From Candidatus Babeliales bacterium (GTDB taxonomy: Bacteria > Babelota > Babeliae > Babelales > Vermiphilaceae), in assembly GCA_963743635.1 (NCBI GenBank), contig CAVUQO010000003.1:160001-224000 (forward strand): a stretch of 64,000 bases of DNA, given 5' to 3'. Below the pieces are notes generated by a model that was not told where the DNA came from, made no database searches, and saw nothing but the letters and a program-made list of their open reading frames with translations. Positions 31,296 to 41,234 of this stretch are shown one piece after another. The number at the start of each line of letters is the position of its first letter. Positions within the stretch are counted from its first letter, which is position 1. A program made the position numbers and the translations under genes.

Positions 31296-31853
31296 TTATT
31301 TCTTTTTTATCGTGATTGGTATGTTTTTGCCCATGTCTTTAGGGATGATGATGGTTAAGATCTGCATATCTTGATTGTATTCAACCGATACATCATCGAG
31401 CGATACTTTGTTTTTCAATAATTGAGATGATGATGAGCTGCTCATGCTATAAGCAGTACTTTTGAGCCCCTTATTTTCTTGTTTGTGTTCTTCTTTTTGC
31501 GTAACTTCGAGGGTCAATAATCGATCTCGAGTACGCAGTGTGATAGTGCCTTGCGGGGTTTGAATTGTCAGTTGGTTGCCTGAATCTCCTGCGATAGCAT
31601 TGAGCTCTTTGTCCGACTTGATGCCTTTGAGCTGGACTTGTACGTTTTGATCATTTTCTGAAATTTCAGAGGTAATGGCAGAAGTTGCGCTGAGTCCCTG
31701 CCTCGTTTGCATCATGTTTTCCATATGCTTCATATGTTCTTCCATCTGCTGCATGTGCTGATTCATGCTTTCCATCATGCTTGAAAAGACATCGGCGCGG
31801 GAAATCGGGGTCGAAAAGAGGCATGAAAGTAGGAGGGGTTTTAGTGGATACAT
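31296..31853 (-). CDS. Hsp20/alpha-crystallin-like protein with signal-like N-terminus and Met-rich helix
   Basis: ISENDQNVQVQLKG...DDVSVEYN..ILTIIIPK...IPI pattern. Confidence 0.55.
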   Translation of the reverse strand: MYPLKPLLLSCLFSTPISRADVFSSMMESMNQHMQQMEEHMKHMENMMQTRQGLSATSAITSEISENDQNVQVQLKGIKSDKELNAIAGDSGNQLTIQTPQGTITLRTRDRLLTLEVTQKEEHKQENKGLKSTAYSMSSSSSSQLLKNKVSLDDVSVEYNQDMQILTIIIPKDMGKNIPITIKKK

Positions 31854-31933
31854 ATACATCCTTTCTTTTAGGAAGGTTAAAAGAATTTTCAAGAATGAGT
31901 ATAATGACCTACGATTTCAGGTTCAACCGATTT

Positions 31934-31962
31934 TTAGAAATATTGCAAAAAGCTGCTATAAT
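31934..31962 (+). promoter_or_regulatory. Sigma70-type promoter
   Basis: TTAGAA-17 bp-TATAAT with extended TG. Confidence 0.55.
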
Positions 31963-31963
31963 A

Positions 31964-32087
31964 GGGGATAATTCTACTTTTGCGAATATAGCCTCACCAG
32001 ATAGGGGGACCCGTAAAGCAAAGAGAAGACCACGCCCAAACACACCGTGTGTAGGCGGGTAAATGGCACGTTGCATCAATCTATCCG
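31964..32087 (+). ncRNA. Candidate structured RNA/leader, family not recognised
   Basis: End pairing GGATA/TATCC, TGCGA/TTGCA, GCC/GGC and inner stem ACCACGCC..ACACA-ccg-TGTGT..GGCGGGT. Confidence 0.3.
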
Positions 32088-32113
32088 TCCTTCGACGAGC
32101 TCAGGATGAGCGG
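32088..32113. repeat. Single un-nested REP-like unit
   Basis: TCCTTCGACGAGCTCAGGATGAGCGG. Confidence 0.8.
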
Positions 32114-32154
32114 ACCGATGTACTATGGCGGGACTTATGAAGGAATCCAAATCC

Positions 32155-32898
32155 ATGACTAAAAAAACTAAAGCACCTACAGGCGAACTTATATACGGTA
32201 TGCATCCGGTTCTTGAGCTTCTCAAGGCAAAACGTCGCAAATTGATCGCAATTTATACCACCGACCCGGTGCCGCATGCCTGGGATCAATGTGAAAAGCT
32301 GTTTCCAAAATATCCATTTAACATCCAATACGTAAAACGGGATGTGCTGACGCGCATGGCGGGCAATCCAGATCACCAAGGCATTATCGCCTGGACCCAA
32401 GCATTTCCAATACGGACCAAGCCGTTCGACCCGGCAAAGCAACCATTCTTACTCATGCTTGATAGTATTCAGGATGTGGGGAATTTGGGCGCTATTTTGC
32501 GTTCAGCATATTGTGCCGGGGTTGATGGAGTTGTGCTCTGTAAGAAAAATGCAGCGCCTTTGAATGCAGCAGCCTTTAAAGCGTCAGCAGGATTAGCAGA
32601 ACATTTGGAAATATATGTTGCAGCCTCTCCTCAAGCAGCAGTCCAAGAACTTAAACAAGCGGGATACAATCTTTATATGGCGGCATTTGGCGGCAGCAAT
32701 GCGGTTACTTGTTCATATGCCGGGCCATTGTGTCTGGTAATTGGTAGTGAAGGAACGGGTATAACCAAGAGCGTTCTTTCTCAAGGAACGCAAGTAACTT
32801 TGCCGCAACGTACATCAGATATTTCGTATAATGCATCAGTTGCTGCGGGCATCTTGTTATTTTTGGTAGGAAATCAAATAGGTAAAATTTCCCTGTAA
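32155..32898 (+). CDS. rlmB: TrmH/SpoU-family rRNA methyltransferase (RlmB-like)
   Basis: IYGMHPV, HQGIIA, LDSIQDVGNLGAILRSA, GSEGTG, SYNASVAAGI. Confidence 0.85.
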   Translation: MTKKTKAPTGELIYGMHPVLELLKAKRRKLIAIYTTDPVPHAWDQCEKLFPKYPFNIQYVKRDVLTRMAGNPDHQGIIAWTQAFPIRTKPFDPAKQPFLLMLDSIQDVGNLGAILRSAYCAGVDGVVLCKKNAAPLNAAAFKASAGLAEHLEIYVAASPQAAVQELKQAGYNLYMAAFGGSNAVTCSYAGPLCLVIGSEGTGITKSVLSQGTQVTLPQRTSDISYNASVAAGILLFLVGNQIGKISL

Positions 32899-32951
32899 TA
32901 TCACGCGCATAGGTTTGTGCGTAGGGAATAGTGTCCATGGGAGGAATTCGT

Positions 32952-33698
32952 ATGGCTCGATATAGTGTAAAACACGCAGTACGCGTGATGTTGGTGAGTG
33001 GTAGTATTGCAAGCTCAATGTTTGCAATGGATGGTGGCGTAATGATTCAACGAAGTCCGCAGGAAAGTCCACAGTCTCAGGATGATTCGGGGGCTGCGTC
33101 GCCACATCTTCCGGCAACCTCTCGAATAGCAATGCGTCGCGGTTCTACTATGGGATTGGGGGTCGATTCTCAAAATCTTCGTAGAAGGCTTGCAGATTTA
33201 TCGGTGAAGAGCAGTGAAGGATCTTCTCCAACGGCAAGCCAATCAGCGGTCTATTACACTGAAAGAGATCGCTCTTTATCTGCTCCTGTTGGTCCTATTC
33301 TTTCTAGACTTGTTACTCCTCGATCTTCTACTCATCGGTCAGACAGTCCTCGGTGCGCTACCCCTCAAGGCATACTGCTTTCTTCTATAGGGCACGCGGT
33401 TCATGAAGTTCCTATGAAAAAACGTGAACTGTTGCCAGATGGATCGGAAGTAGAGCGGGTACGTATTTTCCCGGTGAATCAATTTTCATCGAGTAATATG
33501 GCAGGTGAGCTTGATGAGTATGCTACGATTCATTTGTGTGTGAACCCAAAAAACAAAACGTGTACAGTTCTGAAGATTGAGATGCATGATGATTATGTAG
33601 CGGCTGCATTGCCCTCAGACAAACAAGAAGCGTTTAAGCAAGATTTGATCAAAAGAGCTCTTGAGTTAGCAGCGGCAAAGCAAAAAGATTTAGAATAA
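32952..33698 (+). CDS. Exported Ser/Arg/Pro-rich hypothetical protein (candidate effector)
   Basis: GGAGG RBS; signal ending MFA-MDG; low-complexity N-half. Confidence 0.75.
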   Translation: MARYSVKHAVRVMLVSGSIASSMFAMDGGVMIQRSPQESPQSQDDSGAASPHLPATSRIAMRRGSTMGLGVDSQNLRRRLADLSVKSSEGSSPTASQSAVYYTERDRSLSAPVGPILSRLVTPRSSTHRSDSPRCATPQGILLSSIGHAVHEVPMKKRELLPDGSEVERVRIFPVNQFSSSNMAGELDEYATIHLCVNPKNKTCTVLKIEMHDDYVAAALPSDKQEAFKQDLIKRALELAAAKQKDLE

Positions 33699-33873
33699 AA
33701 GGCGCGTGAGCTTGCGGCAGAATCCTTCGCATAATTCTCTCCTTCATCCTAAAAACTATCTGAAAATAATAGCGCTATTTCATACATAACTTAAATCTAT
33801 CCCCTAATTATTGACTTTACTATCGTAGAAACGGTAGAAACAAAATAAGATAAATAATGAGGGGATAGGGCAC

Positions 33874-34623
33874 ATGAAAATCACAAAAAAACATATTCGT
33901 CTGGTCGGTTACGTTGGCCTCTGTGGGGCAACGTATGCGCTGGCAATGTTTATCGGCAATGGTCTTTTTGGTGTGGAGCGTTATGCCCTGCGTGTTGACG
34001 ATCGTATTGTAACGTCCCTCAATGCTGAGCTTGCTGCTCATGTTCAAAACTTCACGTGCGGCCTTCGGGTGAGACCCGATATCAGCGCACAAGAAATTCA
34101 AAAACAGTTCCCATGGATTCAATCCGTTTCATTTCATCGCATTCCAACCAAAGAGATGCGGGTGGCGGTTATTGCGGATGATCCGCAGATAAAAGTAAAT
34201 ACAGGCGTTATTACGCATCATTTGCGAGTGCTTCCGGCGGTCACCTTTACGGTCACTGCGCTTTCTCAAATTCCTACTTTAGAAGTTAAATTTCCTCACG
34301 CTGAGCGACATGAGATTCCTGATTCGTTTGTTCCTCACGCAAAAACATTAACTGATCAGCGATTTTCTGCTTACACCATTACCTGGATTGATGAGTATTG
34401 TGCCCGACTGACTGATGCTGAGCAGCCTCACTTTTCTATTCTTTTTAATGCCTATTCGATACCTGACGAGGCAATGTTTGCACATTGCTTATCAATTAAA
34501 CAACAACTAGAAGAACGTGGATCTTTTGCGGGACGCAACAAGGGAACGCGCTGGGTTGCGGATGTACGATTTGAGCGTCAGGTAATTGTGTTTTCTGAGA
34601 AAGGGGGGATAGCACATGGTTAA
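33874..34623 (+). CDS. Divergent FtsQ/DivIB-like protein
   Basis: N-terminal TM, FPWIQSVS POTRA-like and DVRFERQVIV motifs; overlaps ftsA start. Confidence 0.6.
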   Translation: MKITKKHIRLVGYVGLCGATYALAMFIGNGLFGVERYALRVDDRIVTSLNAELAAHVQNFTCGLRVRPDISAQEIQKQFPWIQSVSFHRIPTKEMRVAVIADDPQIKVNTGVITHHLRVLPAVTFTVTALSQIPTLEVKFPHAERHEIPDSFVPHAKTLTDQRFSAYTITWIDEYCARLTDAEQPHFSILFNAYSIPDEAMFAHCLSIKQQLEERGSFAGRNKGTRWVADVRFERQVIVFSEKGGIAHG

Positions 34624-35852
34624 GATTTATGCAGATCGAGTGAAGGTTTCAATTGATATTGGTACCACAAAAATTTGCGTTATCATTGCGCAGCAATTAG
34701 ATGCTGATCGCATTGAAGTGCTGGGTATGGGAAAGGCGCCATCGCATGGATTGAAAAAAGGGGTGGTTGTCGATATCGCGAAAACTATTCATTCTATCAA
34801 GCGAGCCGTGCAGGAAGCGGAGTTGATGGCGGGCATTAAAGTGGAATCGGCATACATCGGTATTTCCGGCGCGCATATTCATTCGCTTAATTCGCAGGGG
34901 CTTGCGCCGATTAAACATGGCGATGTTCGTGCAGCTGATATTGAGAATGTGCTTGCCTCAGCGCAGGCAATTCCGGTGCCAGAAGGGCAACAAATTTTGC
35001 ACGTTTTGCCACAATATTACATCATCGATGGCCATGAAAAGGTACAAGATCCTTTTGGTATGCATGGCATTCGTCTTGAAGTGGAAGCTCATATTATTTT
35101 GGGTGCTGTTTCTTCTGTACAAAATTTAGTGAAATGTTGTGAATCTGCCGGCGTAAAAGTTGCCGACGTCGTCTTAGAGCAACTTGCATCGGCAGCCGCG
35201 GTACTCAGCGATGACGAGCGTGAGCTTGGCGTTGGGGTTCTTGATATTGGTGGTGGTACTGCCGATCTTGCATTATACCAGCATGGCAGTATTCGACATA
35301 CGATGGTTCTCGCGGTAGCGGGTAATCATTTTACCAATGACATTGCTATTGGATTGCGCACTACGCTTGAAGATGCAGAACGCGTCAAGCGAGAATATGG
35401 ACTTGCGAGCATTAAATTGCTTGAGCATGATGAACCGATTGAGATTGAAATGGTTCAAGGAAATGCGCGTAATACTGTGCAGCGTTCTGAGCTTATTCAC
35501 ATTATTGAGCCTCGTACGCGCGAACTGTTGAGTTTGGTGCATGAAGAGCTTATCAAGCGCAAGTTACTTTCATTTGTGCCTTCCGGAATGGTAATTACCG
35601 GTGGTGGATCATTGCTTAAGGGAATTAAGGAAGTGGCAGAAGAAACTTTCAATATGCCGGTGCGTCATTGGTGTGCCTCGCATAGATTATGATTTGCCTG
35701 AATCGCTTCACAGTCCAATCTATGCAACCGGGTATGGATTACTCGTACATGCGTTGAAAAAAGAAAAGCTGAGTAGTGTGCATGCGGTGGGTGGTCCATT
35801 GTTGCTGCGCATTGCAGAGCGGATGAAATCATGGGTATCAGATTTTTTCTAG
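34616..35852 (+). CDS. ftsA: Cell division protein FtsA (apparent +1 frameshift at ~35667)
   Basis: IDIGTTKI, DIGGGT, ITGGGSLL; removing one C restores PVRIGVP...YATGYGLL...WVSDFF. Confidence 0.95.
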
Positions 35853-35887
35853 AATTGATAACGGAGTATTAAAAAAGGGAGAACGGT

Positions 35888-37218
35888 ATGATAGAATTTA
35901 AAGTAGATGACCAACCAAAACAAAAAGTTTCCATCAAAGTTATTGGTGTGGGTGGTGCTGGCGGTAATGCGGTTAAAAGAATTATCGAATCTGGGTTACA
36001 TGATAGCATTGAATGCATTGTAGTGAATACGGATGCGCAAGCGCTTGAATTATCAATAGTGCCAACCAAGGTGCAAATTGGTGTTAAATCTGCAAAAGGG
36101 TTGGGAACTGGTGCAAATCCTGAGCTCGGTAAACGAGCAGCAGAAGAAGATATGGATAAAATTTTAGAAGCAGTTGGCAGTGCAGATATTGTGTTCTTAG
36201 CTGCAGGTATGGGCGGCGGTACTGGTTCTGGTGCATTACCGGTTATTGCGCATGCATTGCGTGAAAAAGGTATCTTAACCATTGCGATTGTAACCAAGCC
36301 GTTTGTGTTTGAAGGTAAGCGCCGTATGAAAGTTGCGCAAGATGCAACTGAAGTGGTGCGCAAAGAAGTTGATACGCTTATCGTGATGCCAAATCAAAAC
36401 TTACTCAGCGTCGCTGATAAAAATGTTTCTATGATCGATGCATTTGCAATGATCAATGATGTATTGACGCAATCGGTTAAGGGCATTTCAGATATTATCA
36501 CCAATCCTGGTCATATTAACGTTGACTGCGCAGACGTACGCGCAATCATGAAAGATCAAGGTATTGCAGTTATGGGTACTGGTAGAGCAACGGGCGGTGC
36601 AGGGCGTGGCCGTGAAGCTGCATTGCAAGCAACCTCTTCACCATTACTTGAAAACATGACCATTGAAGGTGCGCATAGTGTTCTGTTAATATTACTGGTG
36701 GCCTCAATCTTGGATTGCATGATATTAGTGATGCAGCATCGGTTATTTACGAACAAGCGCATGAAGATGCGAATATCATTCTCGGTTCAGTCATTGATGA
36801 AGCAATGGGCGATGAGATCTCAGTAACTATTATCGCAACCGGTTTTAAACCAAAAGAGAAGAAAGAGCTTGCTGCAAAGGATGATAAAGCGCCAGCGCGT
36901 AATGAACAAGCGCAATCTGAATCAGTGATCCGCGGATCAGTGCTTGATGCGTACGTTGGTTTCCAAGAAGCTCAGGAAGTGCAAAAAATAGAAGCAGCCT
37001 CTGCGCAAGAGATAGCAGAAACAGTTCTTGAAAAAGAGGTGGTGGTGCCAGTGGAGGCAGCTCCGCAGGCAGCAATTTCTTTGGCAACAAAGGAAGCGGT
37101 TAAGGAAGCGGTTGCCGAGTACGCAACGCATGATATTGGCTATGAACGCTCTGAAGCATTACTGGATCTTGATGTGCCTACTTATTTACGCAAACAACAA
37201 CAAGAAGAACAACTGTAA
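35888..37218 (+). CDS. ftsZ: Cell division protein FtsZ (one base missing at ~36688)
   Basis: GVGGAGGNAV, GMGGGTGSG; adding one A restores LLNITGG; C-terminal LDVPTYLRK. Confidence 0.97.
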
Positions 37219-37234
37219 CGTATAATTCCAGACT

Positions 37235-37280
37235 AAAAGCGCACCGCATTGAACTTTCGGTTTAATGCGGTGCTATTTTT
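37235..37280. terminator. Bidirectional terminator
   Basis: GCACCGCATTGAAC-tttcg-GTTTAATGCGGTGC flanked by A/T runs. Confidence 0.85.
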
Positions 37281-37285
37281 ATCGC

Positions 37286-37897
37286 CTATTTCTTTTTCTT
37301 AGCCTTTATCGCCGCCGACTGAGCCACTCTAAAATCATAGAGATGCATTGTAAGGTGCGCATCTTCGCTCGATTTTGGGGTGATTACAACGTATGAGTTT
37401 GGTTGTATGGTCTTTGCATAGGCTGCAGCCTGCAATGTCTCTTTGTGTATGTCGGCTTCGTTTATGAGTTCGGGAAATTCTTCTACTCCCATAATCATAC
37501 CTTTGATTTCTTTATAACTGCCTGTGGCTCCTTTAGAAACTGAAAACTTTGACTTGAGGGGGAGCAGAGGAGTGAGAATACGATTTTTTTGAGCATCCAA
37601 CCCAACAAAAAGCCACCCTCTTGAATCTTTATACGCTTCTATGGGCGTTAATTGTTGCCGTGAGGGGACGATCGAGCTAAGGGTTGCCGCTAAGGAAGTT
37701 TGATTGGAGTTGGTCATAATCGTATTTTTGTGATGCGGAGCTATTTTGACCGATTTTACCGCTTTTTTTTGCGACCCATTCACGCTCAAGAGTGCTTCTT
37801 TGTCGGTTGCATTCATGATATTGAGTTTCATGGTTTTCCCCATAAGTGGCCCCATCCAGAGTCCAGTGATCAGTATGGCGAGTACTTTAGTATTCAT
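37286..37897 (-). CDS. Exported basic hypothetical protein
   Basis: AGGAG RBS, signal peptide, KAKKKK C-terminus. Confidence 0.75.
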   Translation of the reverse strand: MNTKVLAILITGLWMGPLMGKTMKLNIMNATDKEALLSVNGSQKKAVKSVKIAPHHKNTIMTNSNQTSLAATLSSIVPSRQQLTPIEAYKDSRGWLFVGLDAQKNRILTPLLPLKSKFSVSKGATGSYKEIKGMIMGVEEFPELINEADIHKETLQAAAYAKTIQPNSYVVITPKSSEDAHLTMHLYDFRVAQSAAIKAKKKK

Positions 37898-38081
37898 ATA
37901 ATCCTTCTCCTTTTTATAGTCCCTATTTAGCTCGATCGTAGCATATTGATATTTCAGTTTGCAACAATAGTGTGATTTTTGTTTAAAAAGCCGAAGGTTG
38001 CCTATTTTTACATTTGTGCCTTTATGTGCTATTATCAGAGTGATTTGTATTAATTCCTCCTTAATTTTAAAGGATCTTCAT

Positions 38082-38474
38082 ATGATTAAGCACAAAACGA
38101 CCCTGATGGCTTTCCTCATGGCGGCATTTCTAGCCCAACCCCTACAAACTCATGCGGATGCTTCATTTACAAGCAAAATTGTCTCGTCTCTTAATGACAT
38201 TCCAACGTTTATCAAGGTTGGTGGTGCCTTTGCGACTGTTGCCTTAGCAGCTGCTGCATACCGTTATTACATTGCAAAATATGGTCCAACGCAGGCAAAT
38301 GCAGGACAGGCAAATGGCGCAAACCCTACTTTTTTCACCGCCCCTTCTACTGTGACGTCTCCAACTACAACCTTTTCTAAATCTGAACCAAAGCAAGCAG
38401 TTGCGGAAACTCCATATGTTTCGCCATATCAAGCAGGTTTTGATGAATGGATATCAGTCGGGTGCCCAAGCTAA
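38082..38474 (+). CDS. Exported/membrane hypothetical protein
   Basis: LAQPLQ signal peptide followed by a second hydrophobic segment. Confidence 0.7.
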   Translation: MIKHKTTLMAFLMAAFLAQPLQTHADASFTSKIVSSLNDIPTFIKVGGAFATVALAAAAYRYYIAKYGPTQANAGQANGANPTFFTAPSTVTSPTTTFSKSEPKQAVAETPYVSPYQAGFDEWISVGCPS

Positions 38475-38583
38475 AAAAGTAATAATCTAAATATGGGGAG
38501 GTCTTTGGCGAAGTAGAATAAACAGCTATAATTGACGATATGTGTATTAATAGTAAGACCCTAGCTTAAAAAGGGATATTTAT

Positions 38584-39717
38584 ATGATTACTCAACGCGC
38601 AAAAATTATACTAGCCATCGCAGTGATGCTTGCTCAACCTCTCCAGGCCGATAAAGATAACCTCAGTCCATTAAAGGTTGCGGGAATTATTGGCGGTGCC
38701 GTTGCACTCGGATGCGGAATCGTAGCAGGTATCGATTATTTATCTACCCCCTCAGATCAACGATTGATCGAAAAAGCAGAAAGCGCAGAGGAATATGCGC
38801 AGAATCAATATGGATCTATAACATCTTATTTGTATTCACAGCATTATGCAGCCAAGAATGATGTTCTGCGCACCATCGCTCATAATCATATTCATGAATC
38901 AGTCCACGCATATGTGCGGGGGATGAAAGATGCATTACATAACGTCAGTAAGGCGCGCAGAAATTTGAGCGATCGCATGCATCGCCTAGATCGTAAAGGC
39001 GAGCGCTACAATCATGACTATCGCATCATGGAAGAATATGAAAGCAGTCTTGCTCAGTTAGAAACATCGTTGCGTAAAAGCAGTGATTACCTTGAGCAGC
39101 ACAGCGGATATTTTAACCTATCGGCACGATTTGACGAATTAGACCGATATTATGCAGATGTTCTAACCATAGTCGATCGCTATGGGCACAACCGTGTATC
39201 ATTAGCTCAGTATATGCGAGAGCATATTGCATTGAGCGGTTCGCTTTCTCGCGATACCTATCCCACTATTTCGTACGTTGAAACCTTAAATGATAAAATT
39301 CGTGCACTTGAGCAGGCAATAAAAGCATGCAAAGTTTCCGGTGATCTTGTTACGCAGGCGAGTTCATTGCAGAGTAAGTTGAGCCAGATTCGCTCAGTCT
39401 TATTAGCAGATGATCGTTATGTGTATGAAGTGCAGGAGCGCGAACGAGCACGGCGCGAAGAAGAAAGAATGCGCCTTGAGCGAGAACGTATCGCTGCTGA
39501 GCAACGCCGTGCAGAAGCTGCGCAGCGTCAAGCGTACGCGGCAGAATGTCAAAATCGTGAAATGGCGCGTCAAAATGATCTCTTGCGCGAACAGATTCGT
39601 GAACAAAATCGCATAGACCGCGACTGTTATTATCGGCATAGACATTGCAGCTACCGCTCGTGCTGCTGTGATCAGGTAGACACGTGTCCGGTCATTAAAG
39701 TTGAATTTATGTACTAG
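38584..39717 (+). CDS. Exported helical protein with Cys-rich tail
   Basis: LAQPLQA signal, hydrophobic segment, coiled coil, HCSYRSCCC tail. Confidence 0.8.
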   Translation: MITQRAKIILAIAVMLAQPLQADKDNLSPLKVAGIIGGAVALGCGIVAGIDYLSTPSDQRLIEKAESAEEYAQNQYGSITSYLYSQHYAAKNDVLRTIAHNHIHESVHAYVRGMKDALHNVSKARRNLSDRMHRLDRKGERYNHDYRIMEEYESSLAQLETSLRKSSDYLEQHSGYFNLSARFDELDRYYADVLTIVDRYGHNRVSLAQYMREHIALSGSLSRDTYPTISYVETLNDKIRALEQAIKACKVSGDLVTQASSLQSKLSQIRSVLLADDRYVYEVQERERARREEERMRLERERIAAEQRRAEAAQRQAYAAECQNREMARQNDLLREQIREQNRIDRDCYYRHRHCSYRSCCCDQVDTCPVIKVEFMY

Positions 39718-39773
39718 GGTCTATTGTATTTATCATTAGATACATGGAAAGAGCGCTGAATATATAATATACT

Positions 39774-39807
39774 GGGGTTCGTTGAATATTCACGAACCCC
39801 TTTTTTT
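39774..39807 (+). terminator. Intrinsic terminator
   Basis: GGGGTTCGT(T)GAA-ta-TTCACGAACCCC followed by T7. Confidence 0.75.
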
Positions 39808-39818
39808 AGGATTATAGA

Positions 39819-40835
39819 ATGATGAGAAAAACAAGTTCGCTATTTTTCGCCTTGGCAATGCTCGCTCAACCAGTACGCATGTATGCTGAAAGAGAGTGGG
39901 GATTTTGGGATTATGTTGCGGCTGGTGCGGCAGCAGGGGCAGCAGTTTGGGTTGTGACCAGTGATTCTGAATCAACCGAAACAAAACTTGCACGGGAGAC
40001 ATCTCCCTCAACATCTGCATATTCCACTTCGACTACCAACGGACTTCAAAACTATGTCTATAGCGCACATAACCGCGCAAATTCAGTTTTAGCACCAAGT
40101 GCAGCTTTAGTGCAGACTATGCAGTCTACTCAACTGCGTGATGAAGAAAAATTGCGCGCTATCGCACAAAGTGAAGGGACGCTGCCTGCTAAGAAAGCAT
40201 TAATTTATAGTCAAATCAACCACATAGATAATGTATCTCAAGATATAGTTGATGAATGCAGGCGTCAGTTTGAATACACGGGCAACATAGGCCGAGGCGG
40301 TTGTGTGGTTGCATTGCGCGCGATCACCGATACGCTTACAGCATCAAAATCAAGTTTGAGAGAAGCTCCTGGATTTATCGATCGTCATGCTCACTATTTT
40401 AAATATGCAGAACGCGAAGCGCAGTTACGCAAAGTGTATGCGGATGTTATTGCAGCATCGAATAGTTATGCTCCGACCTATCACATTGTGCAGCAAGAAG
40501 TGAATATTATTAAAGCGCAAGGCAAATCAGACTTTTCGGTTCTTTTCTTTGTCGACGAACTTGAAGCCAATATGGAGAATCTCAAAAAAGATATTGATGC
40601 AGGGCAGCAGTACAGTCGCTTGACTAATAGCGCGACCTCTTTATACCGTTCGCTTGCGGTTATTAAAGAAGCTCTTGAGCAAAGTGCCGTATATAAACTG
40701 GAAAATCGTAAGTTTGATGAAGAGTGTGAGCGTAGAAGAAATGGAACGCAGGCACAATTTGAAAGAAACCATAAAAACTGTAGTCCTCAGTGGTGCTATC
40801 ATGGATGCAATTCGTATTGCCCGCGCTGGCACTAA
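39819..40835 (+). CDS. Exported helical protein with Cys/His tail, probable paralog of 38584
   Basis: MLAQP signal; HxxYF...YADV shared; HKNCSPQWCYHGCNSYCP tail. Confidence 0.8.
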   Translation: MMRKTSSLFFALAMLAQPVRMYAEREWGFWDYVAAGAAAGAAVWVVTSDSESTETKLARETSPSTSAYSTSTTNGLQNYVYSAHNRANSVLAPSAALVQTMQSTQLRDEEKLRAIAQSEGTLPAKKALIYSQINHIDNVSQDIVDECRRQFEYTGNIGRGGCVVALRAITDTLTASKSSLREAPGFIDRHAHYFKYAEREAQLRKVYADVIAASNSYAPTYHIVQQEVNIIKAQGKSDFSVLFFVDELEANMENLKKDIDAGQQYSRLTNSATSLYRSLAVIKEALEQSAVYKLENRKFDEECERRRNGTQAQFERNHKNCSPQWCYHGCNSYCPRWH

Positions 40836-40851
40836 ATACCGAAAGTAACGT

Positions 40852-41232
40852 ATGAAATTTCACTTTTATAGTGCGCTTATATTGATTTCATCCACGGTTT
40901 ATGCGATGGATGAAGTTAGATCATCGGTGCCATCTAAAAGAGAAAAAAAGGTGAGATTCGATGAGAGTAAAAATAAAGTACATGTGGTAGAGAAAAATAT
41001 TGCTGTTCCTGAGCGCATGACTCGGGCTCAATATATGGAGCATGTGCGCGTTGGGGCTGAGAAATTGGCAGAACAGGAAGCGGCACGTAAGGCTCCTTGT
41101 ATTTTTCAGCTAAGCACGATTCAGGAAGAAGAGAGTCCGGCAACTCCTCAATTGCCTCGAAGAAAAGTGCAAGCATATGATATCGATTCCATGATGGATA
41201 GGATGCAAACGGTAGGTCTTGGTAAAAAGTAA
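40852..41232 (+). CDS. Small exported protein with RVxF and LxxIxE motifs
   Basis: Signal VYA-MDE; KKVRFDE; LSTIQEEE. Confidence 0.75.
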   Translation: MKFHFYSALILISSTVYAMDEVRSSVPSKREKKVRFDESKNKVHVVEKNIAVPERMTRAQYMEHVRVGAEKLAEQEAARKAPCIFQLSTIQEEESPATPQLPRRKVQAYDIDSMMDRMQTVGLGKK

Positions 41233-41234
41233 CT

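Noticed and set aside
35660..36700. Programmed frameshifting in ftsA/ftsZ
   Set aside because: No slippery heptamer or stimulatory structure; scattered indels across unrelated genes fit sequencing error
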